This document shows positions 12,201-27,200 of a stretch of DNA of 64,000 nt, piece by piece. The notes below the pieces were generated by a model that made no database searches, had not been told where the DNA came from, and worked only from the letters and a program-made list of their open reading frames with translations. The stretch is taken from contig OZ281497.1 of the NCBI GenBank assembly GCA_965637545.1, positions 13,206,001-13,270,000 on the forward strand, read 5' to 3'. How positions within the stretch are numbered: the first letter of the stretch is position 1; every line of letters starts with the position of its first letter. Source of the stretch: Phallusia mammillata (Eukaryota). The position numbers and the translations under genes were made by a program.

Positions 12201-15200
12201 CCAATTTACACGCAAACCTTTGGAGGCCTTGACAATAAGCAGATTTATACTGTTCATGTAGTAACAAGGCGATACGGCATGGAAAGTGATCCCCCGTCAA
12301 CGTTTACGTCTGTACTAGGTAAAAACAATTAGGGATCCATAGTTTCTCCCTGTTTACTGTATGCATTAATAACAACCGCTCTTTTGACTGCATTTAGTTA
12401 TACCACCTCCACCGACGGGAAATGTAACGGTCAACAGAGAGAACTTGGTGACGGTTGTACTTAACCCGATTTACGAACCACAGATTACCAAGTATCGTGT
12501 CTACATTGCCTCTGTGGCGAATCCTTCTATAAACGTGCAACAAGCAGAAGTGGTTCACAGCCACCGACCAGTCGTGACTTTCACTGGTTTGATTTCCGGC
12601 AAAACTTACTCAGTAACTGCACTATCCAAAATCGGGGACGTTGAAAGCGTTGTCGGTCCCATTCAGGAACAGACACTTTGTAAGTCATATCTTCATCAAT
12701 ACTAGAGTCATTCTTTTCTCTTGCCCTCGTTTATATGTTTTTCAAAACGATGTCTGACCAAGTTTGCAGCACTAAAAATACACTAAATATCTTTTGTTAA
12801 CGCTGTTGTTTTTTTAGATCCAGGACCTATAAATCCAAGCGCACAAATGACGTCAACAACCGGTGACGTCACGTTTACAGAACCTGATGGCGATTCCGAC
12901 ACCTACCTCATCTTGGTGCGAGACAAGGACAACAAATTAATTGCCAACAAAACTTTTCATGGCACACTGCGAACACTTAAACAACAGTTTCATACAACGT
13001 TTAAAAACCTGACACCAAACAGCACTTATCAGGGAACTGGCATTGCTTACAGCAAAGGCCTTGAAAGCATACCCACCCACTTTCCAATGAATACAGGTAT
13101 AACACGGTAAAATAATCGTAAAGTCGTAATATTAACATTGTTTATTTGTGCAGAGCTGCCGTTGCCAGTTGACGGACAAGTTACCAAGCCGTATAACCGA
13201 TCTGTAAATGTTACGATTATTCCATCTGACAACAAAGTTGCTGCTTCTTGGATATCGCATTACCATGTTCGACTGGTCGCTGTAACATCGGAAAATGTTA
13301 TTCAAACCAACATGCCTGCTACAAATGTTTCTACCACGTACGTTGCGCCACTTTTGCTTCCTGCTGCTTGAATTTGTTAGTTTATGAACCCGATTACATT
13401 CACAGGTTTGAAAACTTGACGTACGGAGAAATGTATAGGGTACAAGTTTCGTCGACAATCTCTGACGTTAAAGGACCTTATTCAGAAGTTGGAACATTTG
13501 TAATACGTTAGTTTTCTACTTTGTACCGTTTTATTCTCATAGTAGGCAATTTCATTTTTATTTTGTTTCTGCTTTAACAGCACCTAAGGAAGTAACGAGC
13601 GGCTCGGCAACCAACACCACCAGCACTATAACATGGACCTTTAGCGAAGTTGAAGGATATGTTCGCAACTACCGCCTGTCGCTTGTTGATACCGGTGTAC
13701 CATCAGTGGTGCGACGAACTCTGCTGGTTGGTTGATGGCATTTTTGCTTGGCTTTCTCGCCTTTAGGAATTAACACGTTTTTTTATTTATAGATAAGACA
13801 TGAAAACGTTTCGACCTTTACCGCAGTTTTTCATAACCTCCTGAAAAATACTACTTACGTGGTTTACGTTACTTCTCACAACTATGGTACAAGCAGCGTT
13901 CAAACAACGTTCACTTCCACCACAGGTATGTATTTCAAGCTATTAATTCAGTATATTAAGTACCACTAATCAACCTTTTTCTAAATTTTTGGTTTGTTTT
14001 ATTGCGATCAGAAACTCCGCCTCCTGGGGCTGGCGAGATTCACCTCACCACCAACAACACTCTGCTTGTGCGAATGTACAACCGGACAAATACTCCCAAC
14101 TTCAATGGATTTGAAATATATCTCACAATGCCCAACGCCCCGCTGGATGTGTTACAATCAAAACGTATATATCCACCACTACTTGAGGTGAGTTGGTGGA
14201 GATCTTAGAACCAATATTTTGCTGTAATTAACATAAATTGTTATAAAATGGTTTACTGTTAACATTCTACTTTAGACTGAGTTTACGGAAGGTTTAATTC
14301 CCGGCGAAAGATATCTGATTCGATATAGCGCTGTTGTGAGTAACGAGAAGGAACCTCCACAAGACCTTGGCATGGAAACTTTGCGTAAGAACGGACTAAG
14401 TATTTTATGTTTTGGTATAAACACAGTAAACTAAACTTGTTTTCATGTAGGTCCGGATCCGGTGACCGACGCTAATGTAACATCATCGTTCGGGGAAATG
14501 CATATGCAGTTTAAACCAGCTAACGGAACGTACGATTCCTATCGCGTTTATGTTGTTCCGCAAGATAAGTACTTTGATGTTGCCGAAGAAATGCTGATTT
14601 TGAAAAACGAAATTGATGCTAACGGAACGGTAAGCAATACTTTGCGCTGGTTCGTCTGTGTTGTTGTACTTCTTACTTACTAATAACCATTTTTAGTATC
14701 AAGCGTTCTTCAAAAACGTTTTATCTGTGAACGAAACATACGAGGTGTTTGCCATCACACAATCGTATGAACGTGAGAGTGTACCAGCCAGGTACCCAAT
14801 AACAACAGGTACTACATTTCTGCTTTGTAATTGGCAACTAATTAAACAGAAGCTTCATCACAATCGATGATTTTTTAACAGACCCTCTGCCCACGGCTGG
14901 ACAAGGCAATGTCACAGGAATCGGTTATGATCAAATTCTGTTACTTTTTGAAGTCGATAAAATGTACACCGAACATGCCATTTTCCATTTCCGAGTTGCA
15001 ACTACGAAACGTCCTGATACTGTTCTACAAACAACAAGCACCCTTGCCAACTTAACATCGTTTTTCAACCACACTTTTGTTAACGTTCCACCAGGCGACA
15101 ACTACGTTGTGACTGTTGTCACCGAACATATGAATTCTTTCTCGCCACCATCACCGATTGGCGAAGTTCAACTAAGTACGCTTTTCCCAACTTTAAAATT

Positions 15201-18200
15201 AAATAAAACTAATAAAGTACGCAACCAAAGGGAATAAAGTCTTGAAAAGTTATAAGACAATCATCATATAATTTGCAAAACTTGTTTCATGTTTTCATAT
15301 TCCAACTAAGATTTTTATGTAGGACCACCACCGGTTCAGTACGGTTATGTGCAAAGAGGATTTGACAATACAACACTACATTTCACCGAAACACGAGGCC
15401 GCATTGATTATTACGAAGTAATACTTACCGCAGACAACAACCCAACAAAGGTAAGAGACAAAGCAAAATCGTACATTTTTCATACACGTGTGCATTCATG
15501 CTCCGCTATTGCTGCACCGCATGTCAATAACACTGACGATGGTAAAAGTTTTTGTCAAAAGAAATGTAACAAGATCTAACTAATGTTCCGAACGTAAGAA
15601 AAAAACTGAGACAAAAAAACTGAGACAAAACTGAGATAGTGTCTAACTTGCTTCCGTGTTTAGGTTTTGGAAACCTTTCCACCACAACGGACCTTTGACG
15701 ACTACGAAACACACGAAACATTAAACGTCACCACCAGCGTCGATCTTTTGCCTAACCACAACTACACGTTTATCATTACTCCCGTGGGCGTCAACACGCT
15801 CCGTGGTGATGCTCAGAATCTTTCATTTGCAATGGGTAAGTACAAAATCAGATGATATGAACATAAGTGTGAACAAAGAAACAGGATTCAGACAGGTTAT
15901 GTCATTGCAGATCCCCCACCCATAGTAAAAATTGTCAAAGTCGATACAAATGGAACATCAGCATCCATCACTTATTTACCAGAAAAGATGTACCAACATA
16001 CAGTGGACGAGGTTGTTATACGTTTAATGGCGTAAGTTTCCCCAATATACGTTTTCCTTTTGTTTGTTTTTTGCTTACACTTAGTTCCATTTTTAGGCAA
16101 CGGGAAAACTACACGCAAAAATTCGCACAGCCTAGCGAACCATATGTCGCGAATTTCACTGGTCTAACCTCAGGAATAAAGTATAATGTCGAAGCATTCA
16201 CTGTAGTGAAAAATATTTCTGGGGAAAAGACCCTTTCCAGTGCCTCCATTGGTATGTGCTGAAATGTCTGTCTGTCTACACTACTTTTATTCGTTATACA
16301 ACGTTTAACTTGGTGTTGCAGAACCAGCTCCTGTTAATATCAATGCTGTTGTCACTGGAACCACATTCGTCACTGCCACGTTTAGTAAACCCCAAGGAAC
16401 AGTGGAGTTTTACAGGTTAACTTGTAATGTTATATTTAGTTCCGAATTCTGCTGATAGTTGATCACAAATTAGATCATAAGTTTGAGTGTAAATTCGATT
16501 TAAACCTAAATTAAAACATTTGAAGGGTATATTACACGCCTAGGTGCCATAAAATCAATGAACATGTTTCGCCTAAAGGTGTAACCCTTTTCCTTTTCTT
16601 AGGATTGTTTTGCTGCGTGGAACCCAAGGTTCAATCGTCACACAGCTAGAAAAAAGTGACATAGGCGCACCATCGTACAATGCTACATTGGTTGACGGTG
16701 TCACACCCAACACCAATTACACTGTGGCAATACGTGCGGTCAGCAACTCAGTTCCGAGTCAAGCAAGTTCCGAGTCGGCTCTAACAGGTACATATATATC
16801 TATATATAGCTTAGTGGTTTGATACCAAGTAAAGTTGAAGAAGGACTTTTAGTAAACCTGTACAGGAAAACCACATCAGTGGCCCTATAGCCTTGATTTA
16901 GTTTGCAGCACGACCACTACCGTGTGCTACTCGGTGCAAGAATGCGACTCGCAGTAAAGCCACATTTCTTTCACTTTAAATTGTCGCACATTTGGTTGCA
17001 GTGCTGCAATTTTGTCTTTAGGTTGCTTTAACATCAGTGGTGCACAAACACTTACATTTTATAACCGACTTTGCAGATCCAGTTCCAATCCCAACCGGAA
17101 ACACTACAACTACCAATTCGACTTTTACACTCACGTTAGATCAACCATCCGAGCCGATAGACCAAATAAGGTGATTGTTGGAACTTCGTCTTTTGTTCCT
17201 ACAAACGTTGTACATGAACATCATTGTTTGGATAAACAATTGTCTTGGTTTTTCAGACTTACTTTGAGGTCATCTGAACCCCCTTACCTCTTGGTCAACG
17301 AGAAGACGGTGGACGGCAACACACTTCAAATTGTTTATTCAAACAACATCACTTACGGTGGAACCTATAACATTGCTGTTGAATATGTTATTATCAATAC
17401 AACTGGGGAGTTAAGAACATTTGTCGATGTAGCAGGTACATAATATTACAGCTTTCTTATTATGCTAACGGCTTTTGTAGATTAAATGCGACGCTGTTAC
17501 CATAGTAAAGGTTGTTTAAATACAGTAAAAACAATTTTCGACGGCATTAATTTGAACAACGTTTGCAAGAATATTTTTTGTGTATTGTTCGGTTGCAATG
17601 CTATACTTCTTGTCAAACTTTATTACTTGTTTTATGTCACCAAATTTTACAAAGCATAATGTCGTTTTTTTTGTATGACCAATGTGGATTTAAATAAAAT
17701 ATCCCGAAAGAAACAGCTACTATTATGTATTGTTGTTTTGCAGTTCCTGCAATCGTTGACCAAGCAGTGATCAGCCCAAGCAGCACAACTATCACTACAA
17801 CGTTCCATCCAGCTATGGGCATTTCAGACTCGTACGAAGTTGCATTGGCCACCATCAGCCAGCCCCAAAACATTCTACGTAGTAAAGTTTTGCCGCTCAA
17901 CGGTAATTACCTACCGTAGGCGCCATAAATGACGTATGACGCCCGCGGGGCATATGACTATAGTCAATGGGCTGGCGATACGTCAGTCAGTAGCGCACAT
18001 GCTGCAGATAGCTTGATTACGTACAACTTAACTAGTTTAATGTTTGAGCGAAGGAAATGCGAGACAATTACAATGAAGTTTGTTTTTATACTTGTTTGTT
18101 GCGTATACGGTAAGAACTTACAATGTACAAAGTGTATGTGTATTAACAGGGGTCTATATTTCATAACCTGTATATATGTCATGTTTTGGTTGAACTTTTT

Positions 18201-21200
18201 TAAGTGGGTGTTTGTTTGTAAATTTCAGCCACAGGTGGTCAGATGAGCACTACGTTTGCAACCGGATTACAACAAGGCGTTGACTACAGGGTTACAATCG
18301 CCACCAAAAGCAAAAATAAGACCAGCGAGGCAGCCGTGTTTTTCTCAAAATTGCGTAAGTAAAATGTCATAGCTGATAGCACATGAAGTTGAGTCTATGT
18401 AACCAATATGCTTGGCCTTGTGGTTTCGTTTAAAGAAATAATGGCTGACCGTTTGGTTGGTATTTACTGTATGGACGTAAAAATGACAGGCAGCATTTAA
18501 CGAGTCACCACCTACATTTTGATTCAGTTCCTCTACCAAACATCTTAAACGTTACTGCGTCGCCGATTGATGACGGGAGCACCAACGTAACTGTAGAAAT
18601 TCCTTCTACGTATGTTGGCCCGTACGAAGTTCAGATCTCACCTGTGTCCAACACAACTAACATTATTCAGGTACAAATTACTAAAAATTGCTGAAACAAC
18701 AAACACGTGAAAATTCACATTTGATTCTCTGCAGACGTACGCACAACCATCTACGGTGCCCGAATTCATAATACCTGGTCAGGATCTAATTCCTGGAACA
18801 CAATACATAATCACAGCTCATACAAAACTTGGTAATGCAACCGGAAACTCAACCACCGACCAGTTCTGCACTTGTAAGTTATTGTTTCAAAAATATGTTA
18901 CACATGTCAAATTAGCACGGCCCCGCGTGAAACTACACTCTGTGTATTTGCTTATGTTCAGATTTTGTTTATTTTTTTTCGGACAATACAATAATTTAAA
19001 AGACGTCAGTTATTTAAGCAAGTCCTTTATCATTAACGTGTTTAATTTATCCACAGTCCCTTCAACTGTAACAATCACAAACGTTACGGTCAGCCTCGCT
19101 TATTTGGTATCTGCCTCGTTCGAATCAGCTTCTGGAACAGTCGAATCCTACGTTGCCCATCTCACTTCTGCCGACGGGTCGTTCATATTGGAAAAGATAC
19201 CGATCTCCAGTTCACATCGCACAGTTAAATTTACAACCACAGTCAGTCCGTTGGTCACGTATGCAGTTATCGTACTCACGAAAAGCTGCAATAAGTCAAG
19301 TTTGCCTGCGACTTTTGTTTTCAATCCAGGTAAGCGTCACGTATTTGTACATCCATAATATTCAATTAAAGCAAAAAAGTTATGTGATTTCGCATTGTGC
19401 AAACCCGAATAGTGAATGGTAGCGCAGCTTACAGTTAACGTTTAAAGAAAATGGGCGTGCAATGTTTGAAATTGGTACGTTTGTAAACAAACAGTTTAAC
19501 ACGTTGGAAAATAGCAACAAATAAAAGTAGGTAAAAATAGTGTTTGCTAACCATAAACAAAATATTTTTAATGGACGTCGTTGCTTAAAAATCTACTTAA
19601 ATCCCAAACTTAACTAATCCAAAATTTTGTACAACTAAAGCGTATATTTATATGTACTAGAATTTATACTTGGTCGTGATTCACAGATTTTAGACGTGGT
19701 CTTGATTTGCGTAGTTTGTTTTCCGAACCTAATACATAACTTAAACAACAAACATAGCCGATTGCTCGCGTGCTTTTGTCTGTACAACAAATTATTTTGC
19801 GACGGAAAACCTGTGCTCAGTATGTTGACTTCAAATGAATAGAAAGCCTAATGAGCTCAGGGGCCTAATACGGAATAGAAAAAATGCAAACGCCATCGTC
19901 AAATAAAAATATTTTGTCACATTCGTATGACGTCACAATGGAAAATTAAGCCTCTTTACATGGAGCGTTTAAGCGTATTCGATATGCATTTCTCTCGTTT
20001 TCGAAAAAGAAAAAAGGCAAAGCGTATTAGACTTCTCCGATTTTCGATGCGCTCGGCACAGGTGGTTTGAATACGCTTAGGCGCCAATACGCTTAGGAGA
20101 ACTCTTTTGTGAACAATTACGTCAACTTGAAACCATATGTTGTTTGTTTAATTTGGTGCCGAAAATAACGGGGAAATTTGTAGCTAATACTGAACGAACG
20201 TTTCATACACCAAGTTACATATTTAATCGAGTTTTTCGTCCAACTGGTGCAAATTTATACAAATTAGTCGTTTTATTATACATATAACCCACAATAGACT
20301 CTAATGAAACAAATTTAATATATTTGTGAAGTCAGAGTGATCTATACACTTTGAATATTTCTTCCAACTATTCCTGAGGGTTTAACTGTTCACAATAAAC
20401 AAATTCATACATTTGGTATGTCTAAACTCGACGCAAGCAACTGCTGCACACAAATTAATTCAGATATTTTCTGAAGAATAGACTAAAAGTCTAAAAATAC
20501 TTTAAAATTAACAATTATCCGGCCTTATGTTTGTATATCACTTTACAATGACCACCATATCGTTTTTGCGCAAAGCTGAAAACCTTGAATGCGATTCGGT
20601 TCGGCAACCATGTAATTTTACGCTTTAGCGAATCGAAATCGTGACGTCACACAATGCGCATCAACGATACGATTCGATTCGTGTAGCTGCTCAAATCGCT
20701 CGCTACTACTAATTGATTAAAGCACGTCTCACCTAGTTGAAAACACTTCATGTTGTAGCACAACGACACTTGTTCTGCTTTCAGATCCGCCCAGGTCACC
20801 GACTGGTTTAATACTGTCACTGACCAATGGAAGTACCATCGTCGCCGCATTCCAGCCTTCAGAGAGTCGGGTTGATAACTATACTGTTTTAGTCACGCCA
20901 GTAAATGCAACAGATGGCAGTTTCCTACAACAATCATTGTCTCCGAACGATACGCTTAAGGCAACATTTATAAATTCTGTACCAGGTCAAGTATACGATG
21001 TTCAGGTGTTTGCAAACCTAAATGGTGTGAGGAGCGTCCCTGTGTCGTCTAACATCAGCATAGGTAAACCTTTTCTTTTCACAGTTAATTTCTCTGTTTT
21101 CTTTTTCTATCGACGTTGTTTATGTTCAGGTCCCCACCCTGTTGTGAACCTGCTTGCTACACCCATGCGCTCCAACCTCACAATCAGTTTTGGTCCTCCC

Positions 21201-24200
21201 ACTACCGGCGTGTACGACTCATTCATCGTTTCGATTATTCCTCGTTCAAATCAAACTGATACCAGGACAATTCCGATTTTGGCTGTCACACCAGACACGA
21301 CATACAATGTCACACAAGAAAGGTTTGTAACTGGCGAGATGTATGACGTTTTTGCGGTGACGAAAAGTGGAAGTCTCGCGAGCAACGAAATAAACACAAC
21401 GGCAGTGATCAGTAAGTTTATTTTTCATTAAACTCCAGGGAGATTCAAGTAAATATCGAACTTTCATTACGTAGGACCAGCAATGGTTGGCGGAATAACC
21501 TTTGAAAAAACTACCAGGAATATTACCATCAGCTTTAACCAGGCTGCTGGCATCGCCCAATCTTACAGGTCAGTTACCATTTCTTCCATTGGTTTTTATG
21601 GAGCGCGACAACACTATTATTGTATTGTTTTTCATAGAATATTGGCCCAAAACGACAACTTTACAGACGAACAAATCGTATCCGGACCGTTTGCACCAAA
21701 CGCTAACATAAGTGCTACGTTTACGAATAATCTCGTACCTGGAAACGTGTATCAGTTCTCAGTGTACACCAACAGCAATGGAAGAAGCAGCTACCCCATG
21801 ATGGCGCCTGCAAGTCATCGTAAGTGTCGTAGTTTTTATGCCTCATTGATGTCTGAATGTCCAAATTAGATGAGGTTTTGACTATTTGCATATATATATA
21901 TATATTATGCTATCTGGTTGATACCACAGCGCGAGACTTTCACATGCTTATTTCGTAAAATACATAATTAACAACTTGAAACTTGGGGACCAAGTTTATA
22001 CCTATGCAAACCGATGTTGGCAAATATGGGAACCACTGCAGGATGGTGTGGTGAAAATATACCTTTTTAATATAGGTCACAGTGTAGTTTCTGTACAATG
22101 ACAATACGTGTTATATCATCCGTCTAGTTTGAACCAACTCTTGTTTCACAGTGTATCCGCCTCCACCGCCTTTCGTTAACGTAACAAGGGAAGTAAACCA
22201 AACTCTGAAGGTTTCGTTTGATCCTGCTCCAGCGTCGGTTGATGAATACCTAGTCACACTGACACCAACTTCCGCTGGTATCGATCCACCAGTTCAAAAT
22301 CAAACGATACCTGCCCAAGGAGTTCCACTCTTGGCTAACTTTACCAACTTGGTACCAGGAGAACAGTATATCATTAGGGTCTCGTCGGTCGTTAGCAATG
22401 TGTCCGGAGAACCACAAACGGTGCGGCAAGCCATAGGTAAGTAGAACAAGCAGTACACGTATATAAGCAAAAAGTGCATATATTTAATAAACTGTGATTT
22501 CAGAACCTCTTGAAGTAACGACTGCAAACATCTCCACTACACCGATAACCGCTGATGTTGCGTACGAACAACCACTAGGAGTCGTGCAGAAATACGTCAG
22601 CTGGTTTACATCACCAAATAACTCTGTCCCTCAACAGCTACAGGTGAGAAACTTGCGGGATGATTTTTAGGTGTTTTGTACTTTGTATTTCATGACGGTT
22701 TATTGAAATCAATTCCTGTAGGAGATCAAGGCGTTGCGACAGTCGCTTCCGATGACTGTTATCTTCAATGACAGCCTACTTACACCAGGAGTGACTTACA
22801 CGGCGCATATTCAAGCGATCAGTTACACCCTGACAAGCCCAGACTTCATCAAAGATTTTACCATGGGTAAGTACTTTGTCAATAATCCAAAACCAAATTT
22901 TCAAAACGTTGTAAAAGCTGTTATTTACCGTTTTCCGGGTTGATTTACAAAAAACTAAAGCTTTACAAAGGAATTTGCAAGCTAAGTCAATTTCACTTGT
23001 ATTTTATTACAGAACTGCCCCCAACTCCTATCATTTCTGCCAGCAGTACAACACCTACCACCATTGCCTTTGACTTTGTTTCCAATACAACCCAAGACAT
23101 TCTAAAGGCAATTTCTCGCTATGAGGTGCGAAATATAGTTTCTTACTATATTTGTGATTAATTTTAAAGCCACTGTATTCATTTGTTATGGATTTTTTAG
23201 GCATTTGTACTAGACGCATCAACACCGGACGCAGTCCTTACATCTCGAAATGTCACTCCTGTGGCAATTTCTATGAATGCGACTTTTACCAACTTGCGCC
23301 CGAATTCAACCTACATTGTAAGGGTAAACTCGGTTTTGAGAGGCGTAAAAAGTCTGTTTGCTGAGAAGACAGTTGAAACAGGTTAGTGGTTTAAATCCAT
23401 GTTGTTGGAAAGCAGTAATGAATACATTTTCATGTTGTTAGATCTTCCTCCGCCCGTGGAATTCAACTTAACATCAAAGTCGACAATGATTTCTGTCGTT
23501 CTTAACAACGTGACATCGCTGCCCAGCAACATTATGGTTGACGAAGTCGTTTTTGTAATCGTCGAATCTGCACTACCCGAAATTTTGATTAACACGACAA
23601 ACGTTAGTCACAACATTACTTTCGTATGTGGTCGTATTTGCATTTAATCGAAAATTTTGCATGCAGATCGCTGGTAATCAGCTTCAAAACTTGACCTTCG
23701 CCGCACTTCATCCAAACAGAGACTACACTGTTACAGCTTGGACAACAATACAAAACGTTACAAGCAACAAAACAGAGAAATCAATTAAAACAGGTAAGAG
23801 TATAATACAAGAGTTTTAAACGGAATATTGTGTCGACTACCAACTACGTTTATTCAGGCCCTGGTTTAGTTTGGAACAACTGGACCCTAAATTCAACAGA
23901 TTCGCAGGTCATCGTTAACCTTACGTTACTTCCTACATCTGTACAGTATAAGTACTACAATTTCTCCATTGCTTTGGATTGGACTCCGGATACAGTCTTA
24001 TCGGTAATTTAACCTACACCACATGGGTTTTAATTTCTTCGTACCTAACTCCAGCATATTTCATTTATGTATAGTTTAAGACACTTCCTGTGAACTCCAC
24101 CAACAGTACAGTCATTTTTGACAACCTTAAGGCCGCACAGATGTACATAGTTCGTCTTGCCATGACCACGGACTTGATTGCAGCGTTTCCTGCAAACAAG

Positions 24201-27200
24201 TCAATCAGTACATGTACGTATGAATGTTCAATATTATTCCAAGTTTACATAAGTTTAGTATGTCGTTGTGACATGATGTTGGAGATCATTCCTGTGTTAT
24301 TTGTGTTAATTCCTTGCATGTTTCTGCAGTGCTACCTCTGGTACCTACAAACGTCACACTGTTGCCACTTAATGAAACCGGCCTAACTTTGCAATTGAAC
24401 CTGGATCCAGCTGTAACAACATATGAAGTTTCAACAATCAAAGCAAATGAAACAAACGATTTCGCTGTTACATTTACCTTTGAACCATCGCAAATCATTC
24501 CAAGGTAGATTTACAGCAATAATGAATTGTTTTTATGTTCTGTACCTAACAATCACATTTTAACAGCAACAGCGTGCCGGTATTGAATTTGCTCCCCAAC
24601 ACTGAGTACAACGTTACAGTTACCCCGATCGGAGCCCGTAATGGAAGTAAAGGACCAAACGTAACAGTTCGTGGAAAAACAGGTAATTATGCGGCAAATC
24701 TTACGTTTACCTTTTTTGTTTCATCAAAAACATTTTCTTTCAGACCCAGTATTTTCGCCTGTTTCCGTTAACGTCACCTCTGGTTTAACTGATGCCAACG
24801 TCACAATTCAACCATCACCAAGCAACGTTGATTCTTACAACGTCACTGTTACTCCAATTGACCCAACCGTAACTGACGTCATTCTGATGATCTCTGTTTC
24901 TCCAAACGACGTAACTTTACCTGTTAATGTTAATAATCTTCGACCAAACACAAGTTACAATGCTGTTGTTGTGGCCATTCTCAGTGGTGTTCCAAGTGCC
25001 CCAACCACTGTTCCATTTGCAACAAAAGGTTTTTATTTTACCATTTGAATGATAATTTTCCTTGCACAAAGCGCTGATAATTTGCTTTCTTTTAGCTTAC
25101 GACCTTCCAGTGTTGCAATTGAATGCCACTCAAAATGAAACATCGATTGTTGCAACTTGGGAACCAGTTACCCCAGTGACAAAATACATTCTCGAAATCA
25201 GCAATAGGTAAGTTATGCAGTTTGGAATTATCAAATCTCTGCTGGGCAATTACAAAAAAAATTTCAGCAAAACACCATCAACACTCGAGAAACCAATTAT
25301 TGAAGTCAACTCAACTGACCCATTGGCAGCAACTTTTACCCAGTTAGAATTGGGCCAAACATATATTGTTAGAATCAATGCACAATTTGAAAACAACGAT
25401 GGACCGAAATCAGAAAAAAATGTTTCACTTAATGGTAAAGACTGGGTGTTAATAACTTAATCAGTTTAAAACCAGATGATCATACTTATTCCTGTTTTAG
25501 TGCCAGACATTTTTGTGAACTGGACAGCCACACCTGATATTTCGACGATTTTTGTTGAAATAACATTTCCTTTACCAAGTGAACTTCTTGATCAGTACTT
25601 TGTTTCTGTCGCAAAAGAAAAACAACCATCTGTTGAAATCCAAGTAAATAACCATGACAACATGCTAGAAACAAATTGTTTTCTAAAATATTTTCTAGGT
25701 TATCATGTCCAAATATTTTTTTCGTTTTCAGAATGGAAGTATTTCAGCCAATGACACAATACCTTCTCTAGTTTTGCTTGGACTCAAAGCTTCTGAAGTT
25801 TATAGAGTAACATTGGTACCCAGTTTTGGTGGTGCTAAAGGCCAAGCTCTGAACAAATCGGTTACAACTTGTAAGTGTATAATTATATTTAAGACTCGAT
25901 GAAACGTTGTTTATTAAAAACCGTTATTTCAGTGGAGCCCACAACACCTCAAAATGTCACTGCTTCACCAATGAACGAAACAAGTATTTCTGTCACATGG
26001 ACAATAGATTCTTCTGTCACCCTGTACGAAATCTCATCGATCAACATAGAAGCTACCAATTCCACACCAGTTACGACAACTTCAGATCCTTCTACAAACA
26101 AGTATTTTCCTTACCCATTTTTAATCATAGCAGATAATACTAGAAATATAAACACTTTGTTTGAAATTTCAGTGGATCTGAAACGTTGAATGATCTTTTG
26201 CCAAACACTCAATACAAGATTACCGTCACACCGCTTGGAGCAATTCTTGGAAGCAAGGGACCTTCGGGTGTTGTTAATGAAACAACTGGTATGTTTTTTG
26301 AAGTTTATTGTTCTTTTGGTATCTATGACCATAGTGAATTTTATTCAACACAGACCCAGTATTTTCGCCTGTTGGCGTGAACGTCACTTCTGGTTTAACT
26401 GATGCCAACGTCACAATTCAACCATCACCAAGCAACGTTGATTCTTACAACGTCACTGTTTCGCCGATTGACCCAACCGTAACCGACGTCATACCGACGA
26501 TCTATGTTTCTCCAAATGACGCAACTTTACCTGTTAATGTTAATAATCTTCGACCAAACACAAGTTACAATGCTGTTGTTGTGGCCATTCTCAGTGGTGT
26601 ACCAAGTGCCCCAACCACTGTTCCATTTGCAACAAAAGGTTTTTCTTTTGCCATTTGAATAATAATTTTCCTTGTACAAAGCGCTAATAATTTGCTTTAT
26701 TCAAGCTTACGATCTTCCAGTGTTGCAACTGAATGCCACGCAAAATGAAACATCGATTGTTGCAACTTGGGAACCAGTTGTCCCAGTGACAAAATACATT
26801 CTCGAAATCAGCAATAGGTAAGTTAGTTTGAAAATATCAAATCTCTGCTGGGCAATTATTAAAATTCGTTAAAATTTCAGCAAAACACCGTCAACACTCG
26901 AGAAACCAATTATTGAAGTCAACTCAACTGACCCATTGGTAGCAACTTTCACCCATTTAAAATTGGGCCAAACATACATTGTTAGAATCAATGCACAATT
27001 TGAAAACAACGATGGACCGAAATCGGAAAAGAATGTCACGCTTAAAGGTAGACGCATTTTTTTGATAAACCAATCGACTTTTTAACTACTTTTTACAACG
27101 TTTTAGTGCCAGATGTTTCGGTTAACTGGACAGCCACGCCTGATATTTCGAGCATTCTTGTTGAAATACTGTCTCCCTCCCCAACTGAACTTCTTGATTT

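Noticed and set aside
13330-13410. Apparent in-frame stop (pseudogenisation) at the TTAG acceptor at 13380
   Set aside because: The next acceptor (CACAG, ~13405) with the phase-2 donor restores the frame (VSTT-FENLTYGEM).
15595-15640. Intronic AAAACTGAGAC x3 repeat
   Set aside because: It looks like a simple slippage repeat with no sign of function.
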